From positions 832-64,831 of the IMG/VR virus record IMGVR_UViG_3300031998_000080: a stretch of DNA of 64,000 bases. The stretch is one strand, 5' to 3'. Both the position numbers and the translations under genes were made by a program. The stretch comes from a virus (lineage: Duplodnaviria > Caudoviricetes). Of the stretch, positions 7,426 to 15,245 are shown in pieces. How positions within the stretch are numbered: the stretch's first letter is position 1; each line of letters starts with the position of its first letter. Below the pieces are notes generated by a model. That model made no database searches. It worked only from the letters and a program-made list of their open reading frames with translations, and was not told the DNA's origin.

Positions 7426-7589
7426 TTCGCTTCCTCCAGTTCTTTGTAGGCGAGAGCGCATATCACGGCTGAGAAAAGCCATTCGAGGGTCCAGATGACG
7501 TCGCAACTCCCGTCTGGATTCTCGCATCCTGCGAGGATAATCGAGGTGAAGCACATACACCCCGTAATACATTTGAGAATCTTTTTCAT
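7422..7589 (-). CDS. Small Cys-rich membrane protein (MKKILKCITGCMCF..., 55 aa)
   Basis: Hand translation; hydrophobic segments; A-rich leader. Confidence 0.6.
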   Translation of the reverse strand: MKKILKCITGCMCFTSIILAGCENPDGSCDVIWTLEWLFSAVICALAYKELEEAK

Positions 7590-7890
7590 ATAGTCGTAGT
7601 GTTTTTGTTTCCGTAGGAAAGGGGAGAGGCGTCGCGCCCGTCCCCTTGCGTGAAAGGAAAAGTAAGTGTATGGGTGATAAAGTAGCCGAGACCGGCTACG
7701 GAACCCGGGTCGGGTGTCGCCCCTCCCCGGATTTGGTTAGAGGATTCGATTCAAAACATACGAGGGACTTGCACCCCCTCGGAATCCTTTGGTTCCGCTT
7801 ATATGGTTAGACTTGGGTTTCAAAGAAGTACGGGATGAGCCGGAGACCCCGTACATGACTACACCTAAAACTTAAAAGCAATACACATTA
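7590..7890 (-). other. Intergenic cluster of about five GC-rich hairpins (candidate structured RNA or antitermination element)
   Basis: Stems GTACGGG/CCCGTAC, CGAGGG/CCCTCG, GTAGCCG/CGGCTAC, GGGGA/TCCCC, AGGATTC/GAATCCT. Confidence 0.45.
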
Positions 7891-7902
7891 TGGAAAAACT
7901 TT

Positions 7903-8280
7903 TCATGGCTGTCCGGCTCCACCGCATCCCTGCGGGTTTTCTCTTTCGAGGACGAGGCAGATGTGCCCCTTGTCCATTTCTGCCATTCCCACCTCTCGGA
8001 ATCCGTTTCGCTTGTACCATTCGGCCTGCCATGAGAACGGCTCTACGGCAATCCTCGTTATCCTCGCCCCCGTGTTCTCCGCCTCGGCTATGGCTTCCTT
8101 GAGGATTTTCCTGCCGAGACCCTTCCCCCTACGACTTTCGTGCACCATGAGGTCGTGGATTACTGCGGTGTCCTTCTCGTTTCGGAGGACGCTCACCATA
8201 GCCACTGCGAATCCGCCTGCGAGGACGATGACCGAGGAACTGCCCCAGAACGATTCGTTTCTGTGGACTACCTTGTTCAT
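7903..8280 (-). CDS. GNAT-family N-acetyltransferase
   Basis: Motif A LMVHESRRGKGLGRKIL and AEWYKRNGF. Confidence 0.85.
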   Translation of the reverse strand: MNKVVHRNESFWGSSSVIVLAGGFAVAMVSVLRNEKDTAVIHDLMVHESRRGKGLGRKILKEAIAEAENTGARITRIAVEPFSWQAEWYKRNGFREVGMAEMDKGHICLVLERENPQGCGGAGQP

Positions 8281-8480
8281 TAGCAAAGAGCGTCGAACGC
8301 CCTGATGATGTACTTGCCGAGGATATACGAACGGCGGTTTACACGTCTGGGCTTGGTCTCGGGGAGATACCCCTGCTTTCTCCATCGGTAGATGGTCTTG
8401 CGGTCCACCCCGAGCAGGGCTGCCGCCTCGGCGAACGAATAATGCCCGTCCGCTACTACGCGTGGTCTTGTGTTGGTCAT
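8280..8480 (-). CDS. Excisionase-like HTH protein
   Basis: YSFAEAAALLGVDRKTIYRW (MerR/Xis-type HTH). Confidence 0.8.
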   Translation of the reverse strand: MTNTRPRVVADGHYSFAEAAALLGVDRKTIYRWRKQGYLPETKPRRVNRRSYILGKYIIRAFDALC

Positions 8481-8782
8481 AGCATTTCTTTCTTGGTTAC
8501 TATTACTGTGGCGGTTTTCTTGTCGAAGTCGAGGTTTTTGACGGAGACCTTCAAGTCCCCGTTCTCCTTCGCATAGTCGGACGCCCTCGCACGGAGAGCG
8601 AGCAGATCGTTTGGATTCTTGACCCTGATTTCTACGGGTGTGTCGAGCGGGAGGAACGAAAGGGCGAGCTTCCACTTTCGTGTGTCAAAGAGTTTCTGGT
8701 ATTCGTTTCTTGTGGTCATATTATCAATTATGGTTTCTGCACTCTGCGTTATACGAGGACTTGTGACCTCCGTCGGTCGCAT
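8477..8782 (-). CDS. Hypothetical first gene of the lytic operon (start uncertain)
   Basis: ORF track; follows the leftward promoter. Confidence 0.55.
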   Translation of the reverse strand: MRPTEVTSPRITQSAETIIDNMTTRNEYQKLFDTRKWKLALSFLPLDTPVEIRVKNPNDLLALRARASDYAKENGDLKVSVKNLDFDKKTATVIVTKKEML

Positions 8783-9002
8783 TACAGATGCCGTCCGTTC
8801 CGCTATTTCTCCGAGACGCTTTCAGTTGCGTTCCCCCTCGGCACGTCGTTGTTTCCAGACTGCGGATTAGGAGTTTCGGCTACTCGGCTTTGTCTGCCGG
8901 TCCCAGGGCCTCTGCGCCCCTTGCCTATCTTGCCGTAGGCATTGGCTGGTGGCACACACCACCACGTTTCAGTTGTTACATGAGCAAATCCAAAACGATT
9001 TG

Positions 9003-9034
9003 TTTGGAAATAAGCGAGAGCCTTGCTATCTTTG
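9003..9034 (+). promoter_or_regulatory. Bacteroidota sigma70-type promoter for the repressor operon
   Basis: TTTG-N20-TATCTTTG. Confidence 0.75.
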
Positions 9035-9100
9035 CGGCAAATGCGTAAACCACCATTGATTATTGCTGGGTTTCCGCTTTGTATTGCTCATGTCCCGATG

Positions 9101-9131
9101 CAAATATAAAGCAATTCTCAGTAATAACAAA
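9101..9131 (-). promoter_or_regulatory. Bacteroidota sigma70-type leftward lytic promoter
   Basis: TTTG-N19-TATATTTG on the minus strand. Confidence 0.8.
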
Positions 9132-9136
9132 ACAAT

Positions 9137-9814
9137 TTGGGAAGAAAATCTCAAATAAAATTTTTTAGGAATTGCGTTATGGGAAATGAAGGTGTGAAGG
9201 AACGGCTTGTGTCGTTCCTCAAATACAAGGGTGTAAGTCAGGGAAAGTTCGAAAAATCGCTCGGAACGAGCACTGGATATGTAACGAACATCCGCAACTC
9301 CATACAGCCGGACAAGCTGGGAAGGATTGCTTCCCTTTTCCCCGACCTGAACATAGCATGGCTCTTGATTGGCGAAGCCGGAGGCCGGATGCTGAAAGAT
9401 TCGGACAGCTCGCCCGATATGTCGAACGCCCTGCCCCTGATTCCCTTCGAGGCGGTAGCCGGACACGGCTCTCCCGTCTATGAGGACGAGAGGGCGGAGG
9501 ACCGCTATTCCGTCTCGGAGTTCCGTGACTGCGATTTTATGATTCGCGTCAAGGGCGACAGCATGGCACCGCATTTCACGGGCGGTGATTTGCTGGCGTG
9601 CAAGAAGGTGTCGGACGCCTTCTTCTTCCAGTGGAATCGCTGTTATGTCATCTATACCCAGTCCCAGGGGTGCATGGTCAAGCGAATCCACCCTTCCGAG
9701 CGGGACGGCTGGATCAAGTGCGTCTCCGACAACCCCGACTACGCCCCGTTCGACGTGCCTCTGGACGATATCGTCTCGGTCGCCCTTGTGAACGGCTCTA
9801 TATCCCTCGAATAG
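9137..9814 (+). CDS. CI-like repressor (XRE HTH plus S24 autopeptidase)
   Basis: N-terminal HTH, AG cleavage site (EAVAG), VKGDSM serine motif, MVKR lysine motif. Confidence 0.9.
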   Translation: MGRKSQIKFFRNCVMGNEGVKERLVSFLKYKGVSQGKFEKSLGTSTGYVTNIRNSIQPDKLGRIASLFPDLNIAWLLIGEAGGRMLKDSDSSPDMSNALPLIPFEAVAGHGSPVYEDERAEDRYSVSEFRDCDFMIRVKGDSMAPHFTGGDLLACKKVSDAFFFQWNRCYVIYTQSQGCMVKRIHPSERDGWIKCVSDNPDYAPFDVPLDDIVSVALVNGSISLE

Positions 9815-9815
9815 A

Positions 9816-10121
9816 ATGGACGGGCAGAACGAAAGATTCAGTCTTGCCGTCGAGTTCCTGAAACGGAACGGCTACGCAAGGAACGGACGGGAAATGTCCG
9901 AACGCATGGGCGTAACGGAATCGGCTCTCTCAATGGCGAGGAAGGGGTCGAGAATCCCGAGCCTCGAAATCATGGCGAGAATGTGCGACGCATACCCGAT
10001 AGACTTCTGGTGGCTACGCACGGGTGAGGGTAGCATGGTCAGGGGAGAGAGGGAACATTTCCTTCTCAAACGGATTGACGAACTCGAAGCCGAAATAGGT
10101 CGGCTGAAAGGACTGTTATAA
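9816..10121 (+). CDS. XRE-type HTH regulator
   Basis: MSERMGVTESALSMARKG helix-turn-helix and WLRTGEG motif. Confidence 0.75.
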   Translation: MDGQNERFSLAVEFLKRNGYARNGREMSERMGVTESALSMARKGSRIPSLEIMARMCDAYPIDFWWLRTGEGSMVRGEREHFLLKRIDELEAEIGRLKGLL

Positions 10122-10144
10122 TAATATTATAGGAATAGGGGCGT

Positions 10145-10163
10145 GCTTGCAAATTGCTTGCAA
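10145..10163. promoter_or_regulatory. Direct repeat GCTTGCAA x2 (possible integrase arm or accessory site)
   Basis: Lies left of the att core and shares TTGCAA with the right-side palindrome. Confidence 0.45.
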
Positions 10164-10220
10164 GTGAAACCGACAACTTTGTAACTCACACGATGCCAAT
10201 GGTTTGCCGACGTGGGCAAA

Positions 10221-10266
10221 TGCTTGACAGGCAAGAGGTCGGCAGTTCAAATCTGCCAGTCCTCAC
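10221..10266 (+). other. attP core: 3' half of tRNA-Val(GAC)
   Basis: Anticodon arm TGC-TTGACAG-GCA, T-arm GGCAG-TTCAAAT-CTGCC, 3' acceptor half; no 5' half or D-arm; adjacent to integrase. Confidence 0.8.
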
Positions 10267-10397
10267 AACCACCTAACTTATTGGTATTAAGTGCATTACA
10301 AAGGCGGTATAGCCCCGATTCCCACAAAGAATCGGGGTTATTTTGTGCCCCGTTAGTAGGGCAGAATAGGGCATTGTAGGGCATTTGTTTGTCAGTT

Positions 10398-10415
10398 GTT
10401 TGCAAATTTGCAAAC
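10398..10415. promoter_or_regulatory. Perfect 18-bp palindrome GTTTGCAAATTTGCAAAC (possible arm or regulatory site)
   Basis: Seen directly, between the att core and the integrase. Confidence 0.5.
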
Positions 10416-10474
10416 ATGATTCCCTACCTTTGGAAAGAAGAAATTTGAAACAACAACTTAATACCAATAGTACT

Positions 10475-11770
10475 ATGGCAAACCTTTATCTTTATCTCGA
10501 CACGAGATATCCCGACCTCGAGGGTCGTGGCACTTTGAAAATGGCGATGACGCACAAGCGAAAGACCTCCTACGAGACGCTGGGCATCCGGCTACTCGCT
10601 GAGGAATGGAACAAGGAACATCAGCAGGTGGTCTCCCGTCCCGACAAGAAATTCCAGAACGTCCTTATCAGGAAACGCATGGCGGAGGCGACGCTCGCCC
10701 TGCAAAGGATAATGATGCGGGACGATTTCGAGAGGCTGGACGCAAAGCAGATTCTCCAGATGATTGTTCGTGGGACGGACACTGCGGACACGATCGAGAC
10801 GGCTGATTACGTCCTCCCCGTCTACAACGAGTACATAACCCTCGCAAAGAAACCGAACACGGCATCCTCCTACCGCTCGTCCCTCCGCAATCTCACGGAG
10901 TTCGAGAAGGACATCGACTCCCTGCGATTCAAGGATATCAGCGTGGCGTGGCTACGCAGGTATCAGAGGTGGCTCGAGGACGAGCGTGGTATGGGGACGA
11001 ACGGGGCGAACGTGTACCTCCGCAACCTCCGCACGGTGTTCAACTACGCCTTGCAGAACGAGTACACGAAGGCAAGATACCCGTTCAAGGATATCGACAT
11101 GAGCACCACCGAGCCGGACAAGCGTTTCGTTCCGTGGGACTTGTTCGTGGAATGGCTGTCTATCCCTATGGACAACGGACGCACCTACTACCGGGACCTT
11201 TTCATGCTGTCCTTCTACCTCTGCGGAATCCGTCCCGTGGATTTGCTGAAGGTCAAGAAGTCGCAGATTGAGCACGGACGGCTCGTCTACCACCCCGAGA
11301 AGCTGAACGGCAGGAAGAAACTCTCAATCAAGATTGAGCCCGAGGCATGGGCTATCATCCGCAAGTACGAGGGGAAGGAGTACATGCTGAACATAATGGA
11401 ACGCAGGACGGACTACAAGGCGTTCATGGCACACTGGAACAAGGCACTCCGAGCAATCGGGCATGACGAGCGGATTCCCCAGCTGTGCGGAAACGGACGC
11501 ACCTACAAGATTGTGAAGCATCACGGGGTGATTCCGTACATCACGGTCTACTATGCGAGGACTTGTTTCGCATCGTTCCTCTACAACGAAATGGACGTTT
11601 CAATGGACGTGATTTCTCAGGCACTCGGGCACAGCAACGGCTCATGCGTAACGAATTTCTACGTCAAGCGTGGCGAGTCGAAGGTGGACGAGGCAAACCG
11701 CTCGTTGATTGACCGGCTGAACGAGGCTCTCTCGCACAAGCACTCGACCCCTGCGTGGAAACCTGCGTAG
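10475..11770 (+). CDS. int: Tyrosine integrase (Bacteroidales type with arm-binding and SAM-like domains)
   Basis: CGIRPVDL, VYYARTCFAS, ALGHS, VTNFYV catalytic motifs. Confidence 0.93.
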   Translation: MANLYLYLDTRYPDLEGRGTLKMAMTHKRKTSYETLGIRLLAEEWNKEHQQVVSRPDKKFQNVLIRKRMAEATLALQRIMMRDDFERLDAKQILQMIVRGTDTADTIETADYVLPVYNEYITLAKKPNTASSYRSSLRNLTEFEKDIDSLRFKDISVAWLRRYQRWLEDERGMGTNGANVYLRNLRTVFNYALQNEYTKARYPFKDIDMSTTEPDKRFVPWDLFVEWLSIPMDNGRTYYRDLFMLSFYLCGIRPVDLLKVKKSQIEHGRLVYHPEKLNGRKKLSIKIEPEAWAIIRKYEGKEYMLNIMERRTDYKAFMAHWNKALRAIGHDERIPQLCGNGRTYKIVKHHGVIPYITVYYARTCFASFLYNEMDVSMDVISQALGHSNGSCVTNFYVKRGESKVDEANRSLIDRLNEALSHKHSTPAWKPA

Positions 11771-11790
11771 CCGGCTGTCTTGAACGCACG

Positions 11791-11827
11791 AAAAAAGGGC
11801 GACCACTTTCTATCGGTGGTCGCCCTT
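11791..11827. terminator. Intrinsic terminator between convergent genes
   Basis: 12-bp stem AAGGGCGACCAC/GTGGTCGCCCTT with an A-run (U-run on the minus strand). Confidence 0.8.
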
Positions 11828-11864
11828 CAAGTATGCAAGCGTCGGTGCGGACAATGTTCTGATG

Positions 11865-12146
11865 CTACTCAATCCCGTAGTCGGTTGCGAGTTCCTCGAC
11901 CCACGATTCGAGCATATCAACGAAGGTGGTTGCGTCGCCCTTCGTTACCTCACGCAGTTCCTTGATTCTCCGTGCGGTTTTCTCGGACACACGGAAGGGT
12001 AGCATCGTGTTCCTCGGATTCTCCTTGTAAGGTCCGACCTTCACGCCCGCTTTCCGTCCCGATCCAATCCGTTTACCGCCCCGACCGACTGGCTTTTTAG
12101 GTCTGCCTGGTTTCCTTTTCGCTGTCTTTTTCTTTTCTTCTTCCAT
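11865..12146 (-). CDS. Basic DNA-binding protein (AT-hook-like N-terminus plus RHH-like segment)
   Basis: KPGRPKK, RGGKRIGSGRK, TMLPFRVSEKTARRIKEL. Confidence 0.6.
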   Translation of the reverse strand: MEEEKKKTAKRKPGRPKKPVGRGGKRIGSGRKAGVKVGPYKENPRNTMLPFRVSEKTARRIKELREVTKGDATTFVDMLESWVEELATDYGIE

Positions 12147-12148
12147 AG

Positions 12149-12481
12149 TTAAAACGCAAGTCTAATGTCCTTGATATGTGCGAACGTGCCGTAACCGAGC
12201 ATCTTCGGGAAGATGATTCCCCGATAGATAGCAGGGTACGCACCCGTGAGGAATCCACCTTGCAGGACACGGAGGTAGGCGAGTTCCTTCCTTCCGTCCG
12301 TGTACTCGATTACCCTCCAATGGTAGTCCGAAGATGCAATCCTCTTTTCCATGTTGCCGTACCGCCTTGCCACCTCCGTCCAGTAGGACAATGGTTGCCC
12401 CTGCGGTGTCTTGTACCGCTTGGGGAATAGTTTGAGGTGGCGAATGTCCGCCAGATAGTTCCTGATGATTTCCTTATCCAT
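12149..12481 (-). CDS. Hypothetical protein (MDKEIIRNY...)
   Basis: ORF track; TATCTTTG -7 box about 15 nt upstream. Confidence 0.7.
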   Translation of the reverse strand: MDKEIIRNYLADIRHLKLFPKRYKTPQGQPLSYWTEVARRYGNMEKRIASSDYHWRVIEYTDGRKELAYLRVLQGGFLTGAYPAIYRGIIFPKMLGYGTFAHIKDIRLAF

Positions 12482-12506
12482 ACTGCTTGGTTGCCACAAA
12501 GATAGT

Positions 12507-12682
12507 CAAAAGTACGGAGAATACTCGTCCTCGGCAGGGAGAACGAAATGCGGTGCGATAGCGAGGGCGAGAGAAGGGGAGTTTTCCCCTTCCCTCTGCT
12601 CGTTGGTTGCCCTTGAGATAGTTGTCTGCTCTTGTTCCTTCGCCCTCTTACGCAGGGCGAGTAGTTCTTTCAGTCTGCTCAT
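12507..12682 (-). CDS. Small hypothetical protein (MSRLKELLALRKRAKEQ..., 58 aa)
   Basis: Hand translation; end coordinate approximate. Confidence 0.5.
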
Positions 12683-12684
12683 GG

Positions 12685-12855
12685 TTACTTGTACACATAG
12701 GTTTTCATGTAGTCTTTCTTGAAATACTCACGGGCGTACCTCGCCTTCGCTTTCTTCTTCGCCTCATAGAGCGAGTATGCTTCAACGTAGTAGGTTTCGA
12801 TTGGACCATAGTAGTAGTCCACGTCAATGCAGTAGGTCTTTTTCTCTTTTGCCAT
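12685..12855 (-). CDS. Small Tyr/Lys-rich protein (MAKEKKTYCIDVDYYY..., 56 aa)
   Basis: Hand translation. Confidence 0.65.
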   Translation of the reverse strand: MAKEKKTYCIDVDYYYGPIETYYVEAYSLYEAKKKAKARYAREYFKKDYMKTYVYK

Positions 12856-12866
12856 AGCGGTAGTTG

Positions 12867-13034
12867 TTAGATGTTGTAGGTTGTGTCGGGTTGGTACTCC
12901 CCGTTGGTTTCCCTTGTGAGTGCGGACTCCAAATCCATAACACGGAGTATGGTTTCACGGGAGTTGCGGTGAAAGTCCTTGAACGAGTGGAAAATATCGT
13001 TCATCAATTCAAGTTGTTCGTGCGTTAGTTTCAT
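12867..13034 (-). CDS. Small hypothetical protein (MKLTHEQLELMNDIF..., 55 aa)
   Basis: Hand translation. Confidence 0.6.
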   Translation of the reverse strand: MKLTHEQLELMNDIFHSFKDFHRNSRETILRVMDLESALTRETNGEYQPDTTYNI

Positions 13035-13045
13035 TTCGTTTGGTG

Positions 13046-13573
13046 TTAGATTGTTTCTTCAAGGATTCTCACGATAGCCATTAGGTCATCAGTTTCCATT
13101 TCATCGAACTCTATCGGCTCTCCCCCGTCATTGGGGTTGAAATAGAGCACCCCGTCATTGGTTTCAAAGATGCCGATGACTGACGGAAAGTCTAACGGGT
13201 GGTCGAACTCCATGGGGTTTTGCTCGTTGTGCTCATACCCGTTGTCCGTTGCGTGTTGTGCGAGGATTGCCGAAATCTTGTGGCGTATCGGCTCACGGAT
13301 AGTGTCCTCAAAGTAGAAATCATCGCCACACTCCTTGCAGTGGTAGCAGTCATCGTTGAGGATTTTGTGGGTGTATTCCGAGCCACAATAGGGGCACACG
13401 ATTGTACCGCTCTCGAACTTTGGCTCATCAAGGAGAATGGCTATGTCCGCACCAAATGCGTTCATGTCATCGTAGTCTTGTAGCATCACGTTGATGCCGT
13501 TGATTGCGTCCTGCGGAGAGTTAATGTCCGCACCGTCAATCGTGATTGTTGCTTTGATAGTGAATCTTGCCAT
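13046..13573 (-). CDS. Zn-ribbon-containing hypothetical protein
   Basis: CPYC...CKEC motif. Confidence 0.75.
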   Translation of the reverse strand: MARFTIKATITIDGADINSPQDAINGINVMLQDYDDMNAFGADIAILLDEPKFESGTIVCPYCGSEYTHKILNDDCYHCKECGDDFYFEDTIREPIRHKISAILAQHATDNGYEHNEQNPMEFDHPLDFPSVIGIFETNDGVLYFNPNDGGEPIEFDEMETDDLMAIVRILEETI

Positions 13574-13629
13574 AATGCTTTTGTGTTAATGGTTAATTGG
13601 CAAGCATAGGCAGGGTCAGCCGCCTATGC
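13574..13629 (-). promoter_or_regulatory. Hairpin-CCAAT leader module (loop class CTGACC)
   Basis: GCATAGGC-GGCTGACCCT-GCCTATGC, then CCAAT, then spacer to ATG. Confidence 0.7.
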
Positions 13630-13753
13630 CCGTAAAGAAGTTCCCCTATTATCTCCCGACAATGAATCGGGGAACTGAACGAATTGTGTAGCACCTCACG
13701 GAGAATCCGAAAGGACTGCGATTCGGAACGGCTCGCAGTCAGCCGTAAGAGTA

Positions 13754-15175
13754 TCAGCAAGCCACCGCAACCTTTCCCTGCCGTATCTCCTTGACCTGCC
13801 ACATATTGTCATTCATAGTCTTTACGATGCTATCGTGAAGGGGAGTGTGCGTATCGTGTTCCCCGTAGCATTGGAGTATCTTGAACGAACGAAGGTCAAT
13901 CTCAATCGTTTCAATGGGATTGTTCTCGGCATTACGGGCGGATAGGATAAGCGAATCCGCCTTGCTGTAATAGCCACAACGGAACACGCAGTGGCTCAAT
14001 GTGTCCCCTTCGTTCTTGAACTCATCTATGCTCTTTAAGCACACGATTGTAAACCCGACCCCTGCGATTGACAAGTCAAAGTATTTCTCTCTCCGTTTGA
14101 TGAACTCTTCCTCGGTCTTTTTCGCTTTCTTCATCTGTTCCTCTGCCTGCCTGCGGTTTTGCTCATCTATCGCCCTTCTCCTTCTGTCCTGCTCAATCGC
14201 AATCTTCCGATTCTGCTCGGCAAGCAACGCTTGGTGTGCATCGTGCAGATTGGCAGGGCAGAGGTACTTTGGATTGTGTATGTCCTTGTTCAAATACCGA
14301 AGCATACAAATCATATCACGCCACTCGTTAATGTTGTCCTCGTTGAAAACGAAGCCGTGTTTCAGTGCGATTCGGATTTGTTGCTGATAGTAACCCAAGT
14401 CCCTGCGGAAGAACTTTGCAACCGCCCAGTTCCCCTGCTTCCACAATGTTTCAAAGAAGGGGTTTTCAGCCATTGACTGAATAATCTGCGTGAGTTTCAT
14501 TCCGTGCAGTGCGTTGAGGTCAATCCCTCTCCGTGCGAGTTCCGCATCAAGGGAGAACTTTGGCATATCGTAATGCTCGGTGTACTCGAAGGTTTCTTCC
14601 ACGCTTACCCCTTCCCCTACGAAATGCCGTGTGTTGGATTTCCACCACCGACCATAGAACATTCCCGCCATTCGTGCGATATAGTGGAATGTCTTTCCAC
14701 CCCTCTCCCAAGTCGCACCGATATCCTCAATGAGAATGTCGGGTTGCTTCCCTGCCTTGTAGGTGGAGGTTATCGCAAAGTATCGTGTGATTTTCCAACT
14801 CCCCATAGTCGCATGGACTGCGACCTCATCTTTGAAAGTCCGTTTCTTGAAACGCCAAAGTTCAATCATCATCGGTCTGCCACAATGGGGGCAAGTCCCC
14901 AAGTGCGACCAACGGATATTCTCCTGCCCCCACTTGGTCTTAATGTAATCGGGATTCTTTCGGTAGTCCTTTACCTCGGAAAGCGGAAACTCCGCACCGC
15001 AGTCCCCACAAAAGTAGGTGTTGTTCTGCTCTGCCCGTTTCCCGTACTTTCCCATACAGACGGAATAACCGAATGGATCGGAAAGGAAAGATTGTGCATC
15101 GCTACCGACCTTTGGTAGCATCTTGTCGAGGAACATAATCTCTGCCCTCTCCATTTCTTTCGTTACCTTTTTCAT
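13754..15175 (-). CDS. PcfJ-like protein
   Basis: C-terminal WRDMICML...DLHDAH, LKSIDEFKNEGDTLSHCV, NPIETIEIDL, QCYGEHD motifs. Confidence 0.85.
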   Translation of the reverse strand: MKKVTKEMERAEIMFLDKMLPKVGSDAQSFLSDPFGYSVCMGKYGKRAEQNNTYFCGDCGAEFPLSEVKDYRKNPDYIKTKWGQENIRWSHLGTCPHCGRPMMIELWRFKKRTFKDEVAVHATMGSWKITRYFAITSTYKAGKQPDILIEDIGATWERGGKTFHYIARMAGMFYGRWWKSNTRHFVGEGVSVEETFEYTEHYDMPKFSLDAELARRGIDLNALHGMKLTQIIQSMAENPFFETLWKQGNWAVAKFFRRDLGYYQQQIRIALKHGFVFNEDNINEWRDMICMLRYLNKDIHNPKYLCPANLHDAHQALLAEQNRKIAIEQDRRRRAIDEQNRRQAEEQMKKAKKTEEEFIKRREKYFDLSIAGVGFTIVCLKSIDEFKNEGDTLSHCVFRCGYYSKADSLILSARNAENNPIETIEIDLRSFKILQCYGEHDTHTPLHDSIVKTMNDNMWQVKEIRQGKVAVAC

Positions 15176-15234
15176 AATGCGTAATGTTTTTAGTTGTTAA
15201 TTGGCACTCCCGTTCCGCAGTCAAGGGAACGGGA
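15176..15234 (-). promoter_or_regulatory. Hairpin-CCAAT leader module (loop class TTGAnTG)
   Basis: TCCCGTTCC-CTTGACTGC-GGAACGGGA, then CCAAT. Confidence 0.7.
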
Positions 15235-15245
15235 ATGAATGTGGG

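Noticed and set aside
7755-7785. Twister-sister ribozyme or cobalamin riboswitch suggested by GGUGCAAGUCC
   Set aside because: Flanking conserved elements (GCAAGGCC/GCUCA, or GGGAA/GCAACUGUAA) are not present; treated as a generic T-loop motif
9026-9691. 221-aa minus-strand ORF overlapping the repressor
   Set aside because: Antisense to a clear CI gene; only its last 21 codons, downstream of the leftward promoter, are kept as a possible peptide
10201-10270. Complete tRNA gene
   Set aside because: No 5' acceptor strand or D-arm; only the 3' half is present, consistent with attP
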